DNA of 64,000 nt from Blastocladiella emersonii ATCC 22665 (taxonomy: Eukaryota > Fungi > Blastocladiomycota): assembly GCA_025594325.1 (NCBI GenBank), contig JANHCV010000001.1:3410001-3474000 (forward strand). Reading direction: 5' to 3'. This document shows, piece after piece, positions 12,057 to 23,700 of the stretch (the first letter of the stretch is position 1; each line of letters starts with the position of its first letter). A program made the position numbers and the translations under genes. Below the pieces are notes generated by a model. It was not told the DNA's origin, searched no databases, and was given only the letters and a program-made list of their open reading frames with translations.

Positions 12057-15000
12057 TCATGCAGCGGCGCCGCCATCACTCTTTGGCGGGACGAGGCGGT
12101 ACACGGCGCTGAGGTCGCCGTCGCCGCCGGCGCGCCAGATGTACGTCTTGACCGTGGCGAGCGTGAGCATCGGGTTGACGGGCTGCCCCGCGATGACGAG
12201 CTGGAGGTACTCCTCGACGGGCGTGCCGTGGGGCACCTTGATCCCCGTGTTGTCGAGAATGTACGACAGGATGCGGCGCACGCGCACCATGCGGTTGGCG
12301 AGCAGCCGCGAGTTGCCGCTCTCGAGGCTCGGCAGGTTCGACCCGGGCGCCGGCGCCAGGATGAACCCGATCTTGACCGGGTCCTTGCCCGGCGCCACGT
12401 CGCGCAGCAGCACGTCCAGGAGCCACTCGGGCGCCTCGGCCTGCACCGCCGCCGCGTCCAAGGCCGTCGACCCGACCGTCCCCGCCCACCGCGACACGCT
12501 GCTACACGCGTCCGCCTCGTCCTCGGTGATCGCCAGCACCGTGCTGTTCGGGATCGGCACCGGCGCGGGCTGGCCCGGAGGACCGGCCGCGGTAGGTGCT
12601 GCTGCTGAAGCGGCGGCGGTTGACTTGGCGGCAGCGGCTGCCCCGCTCGAGGATCCCGTCGCCGTGCTGGTGGTGCCGGTGACGCTCGATGAGCCGAGCG
12701 TCGGAAGCTTGCCCTGGACGAGCGGGATCGACGACGGCTTGGGTGGTGTTGAGGCCGCTCCCGCCGCCGCTGCGGCCGCGCTGGACGCAGCTGCTGCCGC
12801 GGGCACGTCCTCGAGACTCGCCTTGGACAGCCGCTTGAGCGAGATGCGGCGCAGCCGGCTGACGAGCGACTGCGACCGGGACCGGGACCGCGACCGCGTC
12901 CCCTGCTCGCTCCCCGCGGTCGACGCGAGATCCGTCGTCGAGCCCGGCGTGCTGGGCAGCGACGTCGCTGACGAGTTGGCCGACGGGGTACCGGGCGTCA
13001 CCGGCCGCGTTTCGGACCGGCCGCGCGACGTGCTGGACTCGCCGTCGTCGCGGGCGCCGAGCGCGCTGGTCGAGCTGCGGTCGTCGTCCTCGTCGTCGGC
13101 CGCCGCGCTCGGCGGCTGGTTGTAGTCGCCGACGGGGCCCGCGGTCGCCGACGGCGTTGGCGGGGGCTCGATGATCGGGACTCGCGGCACGGGCGGAACC
13201 GGGGGCACGGCGGCGCCGTGGCCGAGCGTGAGCGACGACGAGGAGGGCGCCGCGGCAATCGAGGCCGAGTCGGGCGAGATCTCGGGCGGGCGGTTGCACA
13301 CGTGGTTGACGAGGTGGCGGAACAGCGATACGAGGACCCACCGGCCGACGTTGGTGCGCTGGTCGGCCTGGAACTCGAGCCCGTCGACGCCGGCCTCGTC
13401 GAGGTACATCTCGGCGTCAAAGCACCGCATCTCGTTGAGCTGCACCGACAGCGTGCCGATCTTGGTGTCGACGGCGCACCAGTTGACGCCGTACTCGGGC
13501 GTGTTGATCTCGGCCCGCACCGCGTCAAAGTCGGTCCGCCCGTAGCTCCGGATCCGGATGCAACGGACAATGTCCCACAGCTCCACGTTGCCCGCCGTGT
13601 CCAGCGTCAGCACGTGCCGCTTGTTGGACAGCAGCGAGTGCTTGATGAGCCCGTGCTCGCCGCGCATCTCGATCGCTGGCGACGTGCGCAGCACGCGGAT
13701 CCCGTTCTCCGAGTCGTCGCACGACTCGGTCGTGTTGCCGTTGGTGGCGGTACCGCCGCCGGCAATGGACGGGAACTCCTCGTGGTGCTGCTGCTGTCCC
13801 GCAGCCGCCGATGGGGCAGCTGGAGCGACGTCGGGCACGAGCGGTGCCATGGGCTGCTGCCGGAGCGGCGAGAGCGGCATGACGACGACGCTGGTGCACT
13901 CGGGGTCCACGTCGTCCTCGTCGCCCGTGGAGAGGATCGGGTGCACCTTGGACCACTCGTCGTCGGTCACGTCGCGCCACCCGCGGATCGCCGACGCCGA
14001 GGTGCCGGCAAACACGAGGCCGCGGTGGTGCGCGACGTGGTGGATGCCAGCTCCGTGGGGCTCACGGAACAGCGGGACCGAGCGGCCGACGGGTTCGCCG
14101 TCGGCGGTGGCGCACGCGTAGTCGACGCGCGTGTGGAACACGGTGCCGTCGCGGCCGCCCGAGTAGAAGGTGGACGTGTCGCCGGCGAGCGCCCACACGC
14201 TGTCCGAGTGGTGCGTGAAGGTGGCGACGCAGCGGTTCGTGAGCAGGCTCCACAGCTTGACGGTGGCGTCGCTCGACGCCGAGAGCACTGAGCGGCCGTC
14301 CTCGGACAGCAGCAGCGCGCGGACGTGGTCCGTGTGGCCGACGAGCTGGCCGATCTTGCGCTGCGAGCGCGGGTCCCACAGCCGGATCAGCTTGTCGGGC
14401 GAGCCCGACACGACGAGCGAGCCCGACGCGTGCGTGCTCAGGGTATAGATGGACTGCTTGGGCGTCGAGTCGGGGAGCGATACTACACTCATGCAAGATG
14501 GCTCGTTAGCGACTTCCTGAGGGGGCATCCAGCGATGGAACCGTACGCCATGAGACGAGACCGCGCGTCTCGCGCCCGAGGTCCCAGATACCGATCCGGC
14601 GGTCGAGGCCGCCACTCGCCATCCACTGGTTGCCGGACGCGTACGAGAGACACTTGACGTAGTCGTTGTGGTGGCCGAGAATGTGGCCGGTGGCCGTCAG
14701 CGGCAGCTCCGACGCGTCGGCATCGGTGCGCACGCGCCACAGGCGAACAGACCGGTCGTTGGACGCGGAGATGACTACATGGGCGAGAGAACGTCGTTAG
14801 ATCGCTCCAGCATCGGCGAGACCGTCCGTGCAGGCCGTACCGCATGGGATCCCGGACGGCAAGGTCGGCGCAGCCACGTCGTTGACCCAGTCCATGTGCC
14901 CGCGCAGCACGAGCGACGGCCGGAGCGTAGCGGGCGCGGCAGGCTTGGCCTCAGCGCCCGGCTGGCCAGCGGTCGAGGCCGGAGCAGCCGGCGCAGCGTC

Positions 15001-15261
15001 GGGCGCGGACGAGAAGGATCCGAGGTCCCACCCGAGCACGGCGCCGTCACGGCTGGCCGAGAGCAGCGTAGCGGGCTCTGATGATCCCGATGACGGTCCC
15101 ACGGCCCACGGCGCAACGGCGAACGCGTTGATGCCGAGCCGATGCGCGGGCGTGTCGTCGGGCCCGGTCGCCAGCGGCAGCGAGTAGGCGATCCGCCTCG
15201 TGGTCTTGGTCGGCGGTCCGCGACCGGGCGAGCCGTCCGAGGCGGTTGATGCATTGGCCAT
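12057..15261 (-). CDS. WDR48: WD40 + DUF3337 deubiquitinase cofactor (WDR48/UAF1/Bun107-like)
   Basis: HRLGINAF, GHMDWVND, HNDYVKCL, GHTDHVRALL, HSDSVWAL repeats. Middle segment YGVNWCAVDTKIGTLSVQL. Ubiquitin-like C-terminus RLLANRMVRVRRI..MLTLATVKTYIWR. Confidence 0.9.
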
Positions 15262-15595
15262 GGCGGCGAGGGTTCGTGCGAGTGATCGGCGGCGAACGAG
15301 GCGTTGATTCGTAGCAGGTTCTGGTGGTGGAAGAGCGCGGGCGCGCAACGGAGCGGGCCGCGAACAGACTTTAGTTGGCGTCGCAGGGTGCCACAGCTGA
15401 CGAGGCAACCCAGCGGTTTGGGGAGGAGAAGAAGCCAGCGAGGCGAGGCGGCCGCGGTGGCGCTGCGCGACGGCGTGGGTCCTGCCCACGTGGCTTGCGC
15501 CGCGACCGGCGATGGCCATGCGGGCGCCGTCCCGAAGTTCCCGAGCGGCGCGCTCTCTCTCTCCCTCGGCTCGCGACCCTCACCACGGCAAACAA

Positions 15596-16501
15596 ATGAA
15601 CCCCTCAGAGAAGCTGGCCTTTGCGCGGGACTACCGCTACCTGTCGGTGAAGGTGCCGCGGGAGCACGTAGCGCTGGTGGTGCTGGACCGCGCGGGCAAG
15701 CTCAACACCATGGACGACGGCTTCTTCCGCGAGTTCCACGACTGCTTCACGCAGCTTGGGGACGACCCCGAGGTCCGCGCCGTGGTGCTGGCGTCGGCGA
15801 GCGACACGGTGTTCACGGCGGGGCTCGACCTCAAGGCGGTCATGGCGGGCATGGTGCCCTCTCCCAGTAACAGTAACGATCCGGCGGAAGAGGGACCGGA
15901 CGTGGCGCGCACGGGCCTGTACCTCATGTCGCTGATTGACCGGTGGCAGCGCGCCTTCACGGCCATGGAGACGTGCCGGGTCCCCGTGATTGCGGCGGTG
16001 CACGGCGCGTGCGTGGGCGGTGGGATCGACCTGATCACGGCGGCCGACATTCGCGTGTGCTCTCCCGCAACGACATTCAGCGTCAAGGAGGTGGACCTGT
16101 CCATGGCGGCGGACCTCGGCACGCTGCAGCGGCTGCCCAAGATTGTCGGCAACCAGTCGCTGGTGCGCGAGTGGTGCTACACGGGGCGCACGGTGACGGC
16201 GGCCGAGGCGCTGGCGGCGGGGCTGGTGAGCCACGTCGTTCCCGTGTCCAAGGATGGCGGGGTATCGCCGCGCGAGGCGGTACTCGGGCACGCGCTCAAG
16301 CTGGCGGCGACGATTGCGCGCAAGAGCCCCGTGGCGACGGTCGGGATCAAGCGCACGCTCGTGTACGCGCGCGACCACACGGTGGACGACGGGCTGCAGC
16401 AGGTGGCCATGTGGAACTCGAGCCAGATCCAGGCGCGCGACCTCATGGCGTCGGCGGCGGCGATTCTGGGCAAGACGACGCCCAAGTTTCCCAAGCTGTG
16501 A
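15596..16501 (+). CDS. ECH1: Delta3,5-Delta2,4-dienoyl-CoA isomerase (crotonase family), PTS1-like C-terminal PKL; possible N-terminal extension from ATG 15512
   Basis: FTAGLDL, PVIAAVHGACVGGGIDLITAADIR, KEVDLSMAADLGTLQRLPKIVGNQS; ends FPKL*. Intronless. Confidence 0.9.
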   Translation: MNPSEKLAFARDYRYLSVKVPREHVALVVLDRAGKLNTMDDGFFREFHDCFTQLGDDPEVRAVVLASASDTVFTAGLDLKAVMAGMVPSPSNSNDPAEEGPDVARTGLYLMSLIDRWQRAFTAMETCRVPVIAAVHGACVGGGIDLITAADIRVCSPATTFSVKEVDLSMAADLGTLQRLPKIVGNQSLVREWCYTGRTVTAAEALAAGLVSHVVPVSKDGGVSPREAVLGHALKLAATIARKSPVATVGIKRTLVYARDHTVDDGLQQVAMWNSSQIQARDLMASAAAILGKTTPKFPKL

Positions 16502-16762
16502 AATGTTTGAGGGGTGGCGGCGCGTGCTGTGCGCGCCGTGGTTCTCTCATTCTATACATTCATGTGTCGATATGCTTCCTCACTCGATGCGCGCGCGTGT
16601 GTGCGACGACGGCGACGGCCTCTATGCGCGTACGAGCGCTGCTATTCGGCTAGAACCCTCACGACGAGAGGATTGTTTGGAGAACACGCCGCGTGAGATG
16701 CGCCGCGACCTCGTAACGATTCTATACACCCTGATCTATCCTCTTGCATTCGGACGCCGCGA

Positions 16763-17266
16763 CTACGAGACGGTCCACTACGAGCAGGCGAGTAATAGTC
16801 AGGCTAGGCGCTCCCGAGTGGTAACAGCGAGGCAATCGTACGTTGAGAGCGTTGCCGTTGGCGCGGTTGGCCTTGGCGACCTCTTGCTCGCGCAGCTCGC
16901 GGTCGCTCAGCTGCCGCGTGCGCTCGAGCTGCGACGCGAGGGCACCGCCGCCGTTCTGGATGCCGCGCTGGGTGTTCTACGGGAACGACTCGAGTGTGAG
17001 TCGGCAACGAGGGTCGTTGCGAGCGAAGCAGGAGGGCGGACCCCAGCGAGCCTCCGCTCGGCCGCCTCGGCGCGTATCCGGCGAGCCTCTTCGTCAGACG
17101 CCGCAGCAGCGCTAGAGGGCGAGGTTGTGTTCACGGCCGCCTGCGGCTCTGGCCGCCGAGTGGGCTGCATCTCCATCGGCCGCGGCGCCGCGGACCCCGA
17201 ACCGCTCCCGAGTCGCTGGCCGCCGCCGCCGCCGCCCTTGGTCGGTTTACCAAAGCAGTTTCCCAT
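16763..17266 (-). CDS. SVIP: SVIP-like small VCP/p97-interacting protein, left-arm copy (3 exons, ~124 aa)
   Basis: Mirror of 26464-26967: MGNCFG acylation motif, RAEAAERR, QRGI, C-terminal LNWTVS*. Confidence 0.8.
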
Positions 17267-17606
17267 TGCGATAAGTTGCTGCTAGCGTTTACGATGCATG
17301 GAATTGTTGAGGGGGAGCAGAGTCGGCGTCCATCGGCTGAAACAGCAGCGTGGGCCCACCGGCCGACCGACCTGGCTGCCGACCCGGCGACCACCGACCT
17401 CCGCCACCCTCGGACGCGGCGCGCCACACGCGGACGCGACGCGGATTCGATGATCCAACCACACAAATACGACGTAACGCTCGGCACGAAAGAGATTGAG
17501 AGTAGGATATACATGTATGGAGACTAGGACAACGAGACAAAAGAACAAACGAGGGTCGAAAGGAGCGCACCGACCGCGCTCCGCACCAGCAACCCGCAAA
17601 AACAGC

Positions 17607-18692
17607 CTACTGGGACGGCTTGCCGGAGCCCTCGGCGAGCGAGATCAGCTCGAGCTCCTTGCGCACGTACTCGCCGCAGTCGACGGCCGGGTACGCGGCG
17701 TTGCGCTCGGGCTCGTCAAACGGACCGGTCGGCTTGAGGACCACGTCGGACGCAATGTGGTAGAAGAGCGTCGACGACACGCGCCACAGCGAGCGGCCGG
17801 CGGCCTTGGCGCGCTCGGCGGCCTCGATCGTCTTCTCGTTGACAATCACCTCGTGGTACCCGGCGAGGACGGCGCCGCCCGTGAGCCACTCGAGCTCCTT
17901 GCCCGCCTGGACGAGCAGGCAGCCGTCGGGGACGGCCACAGACATCTTGATGCCGCTGTTGCGGGCCCAGACGTGGAGCCCGGGGTACCGGGACTTGCCG
18001 TGGATGGTCAGGAAGTTGAGATCGTAGTGGAAACCAGCGAAGACGGTGTTGAGCTGGTTGAAGCGGCAGAGATCCGAACCCGTCGGGGCCAGGAGGTGCG
18101 GGCCGAACTTGGCCTTGTTGACAAAGTCCTTGGCGTCGGCGTAGCCGAGGCCGACGGCGGCCACCTCGGCGACCATCTCGACGGCGTCGTGCAGCTGCTG
18201 GCCGTACGTGTCCATGACCGAGAGCCACTTGTCGGCAAACTTGGCGGGCACGACGGGCGCCGTGTTGAGCTGCGGGTACTTGGACTCGGTCGGGACGGGG
18301 CCAATGCGGTGGAAGAAGCGCCACTTGGGGTCGGCGCCGGTCCACTGCACGGGCTTATCCTCGGCGGGCAGGTCCTCGAGGATCTTCTGGCACTTGGGGT
18401 CGCGGAAGCAGCACGGCTCCTCGACAAACTCGGGCGTGGCGCCAATCTGGTAGTTGAGCTCGGGGCGCACGTCGGCCATCTTGGCGTCGAGCGGCTGCTC
18501 AAAGTACTGCTCCATCATGTCGAGGAACTCGCCGTTGGCGCCCTCGGGCACGCGCGGGTCGCGCACGAGCAGCGCGCCGTACGACTTGAGCGCGTCGGCG
18601 GCCTTGGCGGCCTCGGCCTTGGCGGCGGCCGACGTCGGGTCGGCCATGTAGACGGCGAGGTCGACGACGGGGAGGGCGAGCGGGACCACCAT
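17607..18692 (-). CDS. 2-oxoglutarate/Fe(II) dioxygenase (IPNS/DIOX-like), left-arm copy
   Basis: LPVVDL start; HxD (GFHYDLNFLT), distal His (AGYHEV) and RxS (RVSS). Intronless. Confidence 0.9.
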   Translation of the reverse strand: MVVPLALPVVDLAVYMADPTSAAAKAEAAKAADALKSYGALLVRDPRVPEGANGEFLDMMEQYFEQPLDAKMADVRPELNYQIGATPEFVEEPCCFRDPKCQKILEDLPAEDKPVQWTGADPKWRFFHRIGPVPTESKYPQLNTAPVVPAKFADKWLSVMDTYGQQLHDAVEMVAEVAAVGLGYADAKDFVNKAKFGPHLLAPTGSDLCRFNQLNTVFAGFHYDLNFLTIHGKSRYPGLHVWARNSGIKMSVAVPDGCLLVQAGKELEWLTGGAVLAGYHEVIVNEKTIEAAERAKAAGRSLWRVSSTLFYHIASDVVLKPTGPFDEPERNAAYPAVDCGEYVRKELELISLAEGSGKPSQ

Positions 18693-20029
18693 GGTGTGTG
18701 TGTTGATGCGTTGCAGGTGGAGAGTATGTTGCGTTGCGTGGGCAGCAGCAAGAGAGCGAGGGCGTGTGCGGGGGTCCGCCCGCCTTTTGTAGGCTCGGGC
18801 GGCGGCGGCGGCGGGTCGGACAGGGACGCTTGCGCGCACAAGCACACTTCATGCGCTCGCCACGGCTGCCGCAGTGCGTGCACGAACACATTGGCTGGGA
18901 TTGGGCGAATGACGTGGGATGACTGCCCGCGCAACAACGGAGGAGGTCGGGCGATCCGAAGCGAGGCGAAACCGGGCCGGGCCCCACGCGGCCGGCGGCG
19001 CGTGCTGATTGGTCGCACTCGGCGCTAAGGCTCGAGCGTTAGCCTTGTTGTTCCCGTTTAGCGCGCAGCCCACCCGAACGCTCGCTCGCTCAAGCGCCAC
19101 GCACGCGCTCTTGTCGTTCTGCCGCTCGTCTGTCCGTCCGTGCTGCTAGATGCGTGAGATCGGACACGCGCTCGCGTACGTGTGCGCGACCAGGTCCGCT
19201 GAGCTTCCGCTTCCGGCGCGTCGTACCTCGCGCCGTCTGCTCGCTGACGACTGCTCTCTGATTCTTTGACGCAACGCACGAGTGCTGATGCTGGCTCGCG
19301 TATCATGGGCGCGAGGGTGAGGGTGCGTGGCTCGCTGTCCGTCTAGCATCACTAGTCCGATCAGATCGCTCTTCTTCACTGTAGTGTCGGACACGCTCGC
19401 GCGGTTGGACGTCGAGCGCTCCCGCAACTAGCTTTGTTCGAATACCTTGGTTGTTGAGGAGACGGAGGGAAGCGAGGGTCAAGAGGGAGTTGAGGTGCAA
19501 AGCTCGCGCCGCATGCAACTCCCGCTACGGCAATCCATCGGACTCTCCGTGCATCGATATGCAGGATCTTCTTAAACCTTGGGATCAGCGACGTTTTGTG
19601 CGACTCGGCCATGGGCCCCCCCGAGAAGCGCGCTCTTGGCTCGCGAGACGTCACGTCACGTGGTGGCGCAACGCGTCCATCAACGCGGCCATCAATGCGC
19701 TGAGCGAGGCGGCCATCCTGACTATCGCAGTGTGAAGTCTGGTCGTAACACCTAGAGTAAGCGCGCGCTGACTGGCAGTTCATGCAAGCTTTGCCATCGT
19801 GTACTGGTGGCTTGATCGCTCGCACGACGTTCTTCCAGCCTGCGGTCCGTTGACAGGGAAAGACGTGTCGCCACTACAGCGCCAAAATGAGAAATGGTTC
19901 ATGTATATACCTCTCTTCTATCGATGATATGGCAGCAGCTACGTGGACAAAACGAGAGTCGGATCGGTGAGCGCAGCACAAAGGGCAGGCGCAGGGCAAC
20001 CAAGCCTGACACGCAGGGCCGCACTTGGG

Positions 20030-20614
20030 ACACTTGCTGGTCCCGTGGACATTGGAGTAGCAGCTTGTACACACTGGGGCCCTGTGCTACATACAGGTGA
20101 GCTGTTTCACGCCCAACTTCTCGATCTCAAGCATCCGTAGACGGTGGCGCTCGTTCTCCTCCCGCGAACATGCAAGGACTTGCTTGATCCGAGCCTGTAA
20201 GGCCAATGCCTTGTGGATTGCGAGTGTCAGGGACCACTCAAGGTCTGCGTTCGAGGACCGGGTCTGAGGCGACACGAACGACACGGCGAGCAGGGATGGA
20301 AGCAAGCCCTCGAGTGCATCGATGAGTTTTGTTAGGTTCTCCTGCGAGTTTGAGGGGAGGAAACTGCCAGGCCCCTTGGCGCCGCCGCACTGAGCGTGAT
20401 TACCTACCTCGCAGGCAAATTTCGACAAGTGGCGGAGGTCGCTCATCTTGACAAAGGTTACGTCCGCACGCGATAGCCCCGCCTTCTGCAGGACAATGTT
20501 GTGCACGACACGAGGCGGGCGTGCGAGACCGTGGTCGTGGCCAGCCGAGGCATTTGACAGAGGAAGTGGCGAAGACATGCGCCTTGTTGCCGGAGTAGTG
20601 CTACACTCGCACAT
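20030..20614 (-). pseudogene. gag-like remnant with CCHC zinc knuckle, left-arm copy
   Basis: Mirror of 23116-23700. Confidence 0.55.
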
Positions 20615-20724
20615 CTCGTGAGTAGTGCTTGGGCGTAGACGCGAGGGCGTTCCTCAAGCGCTGCGGTGACTCGCAGCGCAGTGCACACCGGCTGGTAAGT
20701 GACGGACGCACACTTTTGCAGAAT

Positions 20725-21510
20725 GTAAATGCACCAGTCGTTAGCGCTGGCGACGATCCCGCTCTGTATGAGGGTTGCAGCGAGCTGGATCTACTACTCG
20801 TGGTCGGCCTAGCGCAGACTGTACAGCAACCTCTTGAGCTAGAACATGGCCCTCCTTGACGTCCATGCCCACGGACACGCGCGTAATTACACGCATTTCA
20901 AGCGCGCGTGGACGTACGAGCTCGTCCCGTCGAGAGAGTGGACGGGCAGGCTCTTCGCGGCGGCGCTGGCGAACAACGTGCGCGCGGAACCGTGGGCGAC
21001 GGCGGCCGCGAATGTGGCATTCAAGTCGCGGACCACGATCTGTTTGTTACGGTGCGCGGCGAGACGCGCCTTGAAGCGGGTCATCTCGCCCTCACTGTTG
21101 CACTTGAGCGTGAACACAAACATGGCCCTGATGACAAGGGCTTCGCGGACGAAACACGCGGCCGTGGACCCATACAGCCGGAACGCATTGGGGAGGTTGA
21201 CGGCGGTAGCGATCGACGCACGGGTCTTGACGGCCACGTCCTCCACCAGCCGCTCGATGCGCCCGGTTGTGTAGTGGTTGCCTAGTGGAGAGAAGTGCAA
21301 CTGAATGCCCTTGACGGCGGCCCACTCGGTGAACGTGTTGTCCTTGAACACGTCGCCGTTGCAGCTGGTCTGATTCACGGGGACATTACATTTATTATTC
21401 ATGTGCGACTACAGGTAGCACCTTCCCTCGATGAGAACCTTTTACCATTTGCAGTAACCCAACGCCTGAAAGTCGCGCTCAGCCACTCACACGATCTACA
21501 ATCACAGTCA
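20725..21510 (-). mobile_element. Degenerate Ty1/copia integrase-RT fragment, left-arm copy
   Basis: Mirror of 22220-23005. Confidence 0.85.
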
Positions 21511-21752
21511 CCTTGGATTGCTGTCGTGCCTCCGCCCTGCACTCACACAATTCCTTTTGCACCGCTTCCCGAGCCCCTTCGTGCATGTGAATGGCCGCTG
21601 CCATCGGCTATCGGTCTGCCACCATCGCCGCATGCCGCCAGACTCACTCAAAGTCCAAGGTCTCGCCCTTCCACTCGCTCCTCCCCTCCGAAATGACCGT
21701 TCCTGCTGCTTGCAGCTCGTCTTTTTGTCTCTCGTCCCCTTGAAACTACCGC

Positions 21753-21977
21753 GGTCAGGAAGAAGCGTGGCCTTCTGTTGCAGCGCGGTGCTGCAGCGGA
21801 CGAAACGAGGTAGTCGCACGCTGTCGTACATGCCGGGAGCAAGACTGGGCCAAAGCGGGGGCGTCTCGTGGCTACAAGAGCTCGTACACATAGCTGTACC
21901 AGCGGGCGGGCGCTCGAGGAGGCTCATGGTGGGCGTGTACAATCTAGCGAGAAAAAATATGTCAACGAGGGAGCGGG
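21753..21977. other. 225-bp unique spacer at the centre of the palindrome
   Basis: Not self-complementary; arms end ...TTGAAACTACCGC and resume GCGGTAGTTTCAA... Confidence 0.95.
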
Positions 21978-22219
21978 GCGGTAGTTTCAAGGGGACGAGA
22001 GACAAAAAGACGAGCTGCAAGCAGCAGGAACGGTCATTTCGGAGGGGAGGAGCGAGTGGAAGGGCGAGACCTTGGACTTTGAGTGAGTCTGGCGGCATGC
22101 GGCGATGGTGGCAGACCGATAGCCGATGGCAGCGGCCATTCACATGCACGAAGGGGCTCGGGAAGCGGTGCAAAAGGAATTGTGTGAGTGCAGGGCGGAG
22201 GCACGACAGCAATCCAAGG

Positions 22220-23005
22220 TGACTGTGATTGTAGATCGTGTGAGTGGCTGAGCGCGACTTTCAGGCGTTGGGTTACTGCAAATGGTAAAAGGTTCTCATC
22301 GAGGGAAGGTGCTACCTGTAGTCGCACATGAATAATAAATGTAATGTCCCCGTGAATCAGACCAGCTGCAACGGCGACGTGTTCAAGGACAACACGTTCA
22401 CCGAGTGGGCCGCCGTCAAGGGCATTCAGTTGCACTTCTCTCCACTAGGCAACCACTACACAACCGGGCGCATCGAGCGGCTGGTGGAGGACGTGGCCGT
22501 CAAGACCCGTGCGTCGATCGCTACCGCCGTCAACCTCCCCAATGCGTTCCGGCTGTATGGGTCCACGGCCGCGTGTTTCGTCCGCGAAGCCCTTGTCATC
22601 AGGGCCATGTTTGTGTTCACGCTCAAGTGCAACAGTGAGGGCGAGATGACCCGCTTCAAGGCGCGTCTCGCCGCGCACCGTAACAAACAGATCGTGGTCC
22701 GCGACTTGAATGCCACATTCGCGGCCGCCGTCGCCCACGGTTCCGCGCGCACGTTGTTCGCCAGCGCCGCCGCGAAGAGCCTGCCCGTCCACTCTCTCGA
22801 CGGGACGAGCTCGTACGTCCACGCGCGCTTGAAATGCGTGTAATTACGCGCGTGTCCGTGGGCATGGACGTCAAGGAGGGCCATGTTCTAGCTCAAGAGG
22901 TTGCTGTACAGTCTGCGCTAGGCCGACCACGAGTAGTAGATCCAGCTCGCTGCAACCCTCATACAGAGCGGGATCGTCGCCAGCGCTAACGACTGGTGCA
23001 TTTAC
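22220..23005 (+). mobile_element. Degenerate Ty1/copia pol fragment (integrase core fused to RT N-terminus), right-arm copy
   Basis: Integrase motifs: VIVDRVSG; SCNGDVF..KGIQLHFSP..TGRIERL. RVT_2 motifs: MFVFTLKCNSEGEMTRFKARL..ATFA..HSLD; LKRLLYSLR*ADHE**; ANDWCIY. Confidence 0.85.
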
Positions 23006-23115
23006 ATTCTGCAAAAGTGTGCGTCCGTCACTTACCAGCCGGTGTGCACTGCGCTGCGAGTCACCGCAGCGCTTGAGGAACGCCCTCGCGTCTACGCCCA
23101 AGCACTACTCACGAG

Positions 23116-23700
23116 ATGTGCGAGTGTAGCACTACTCCGGCAACAAGGCGCATGTCTTCGCCACTTCCTCTGTCAAATGCCTCGGCTGGCCACGACCACG
23201 GTCTCGCACGCCCGCCTCGTGTCGTGCACAACATTGTCCTGCAGAAGGCGGGGCTATCGCGTGCGGACGTAACCTTTGTCAAGATGAGCGACCTCCGCCA
23301 CTTGTCGAAATTTGCCTGCGAGGTAGGTAATCACGCTCAGTGCGGCGGCGCCAAGGGGCCTGGCAGTTTCCTCCCCTCAAACTCGCAGGAGAACCTAACA
23401 AAACTCATCGATGCACTCGAGGGCTTGCTTCCATCCCTGCTCGCCGTGTCGTTCGTGTCGCCTCAGACCCGGTCCTCGAACGCAGACCTTGAGTGGTCCC
23501 TGACACTCGCAATCCACAAGGCATTGGCCTTACAGGCTCGGATCAAGCAAGTCCTTGCATGTTCGCGGGAGGAGAACGAGCGCCACCGTCTACGGATGCT
23601 TGAGATCGAGAAGTTGGGCGTGAAACAGCTCACCTGTATGTAGCACAGGGCCCCAGTGTGTACAAGCTGCTACTCCAATGTCCACGGGACCAGCAAGTGT
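23116..23700 (+). pseudogene. gag-like remnant with CCHC zinc knuckle, right-arm copy
   Basis: ORF 23116..23643 ends in TAG and continues in the same frame into CTSCYSNVHGTSKC (CX2CX4HX4C, 23659-23700). Confidence 0.55.

Larger units (their letters stand above)
15574..21752 (+). repeat. Left arm (6,179 bp) of a giant inverted duplication
   Basis: ORFs lying within this arm have identical mirrored partners with coordinates summing to 43730. Boundaries read directly: mismatches at 15573/28157 and 21753/21977. Confidence 0.97.

Noticed and set aside
12335-12344. GGTTCGACCC T-loop-like motif suggesting a tRNA
   Set aside because: Lies within the WDR48 coding region; no acceptor, D or anticodon stems evident.
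10762-13125. Long antisense ORFs (also 28552-30831, 32504-34318, 53914-55608, 61233-62792 and many others)
   Set aside because: Shadow frames of real genes, expected when high GC depletes stop codons; no recognisable motifs.
17607-18692. Secondary-metabolite cluster around the 2OG oxygenase and Zn2Cys6 factor
   Set aside because: No PKS, NRPS or terpene backbone gene; neighbours are housekeeping genes.
19058-20140. Small ORFs in the palindrome core read as host genes
   Set aside because: No motifs or host-like codon bias apart from the CCHC knuckle; treated as decayed or non-coding sequence.
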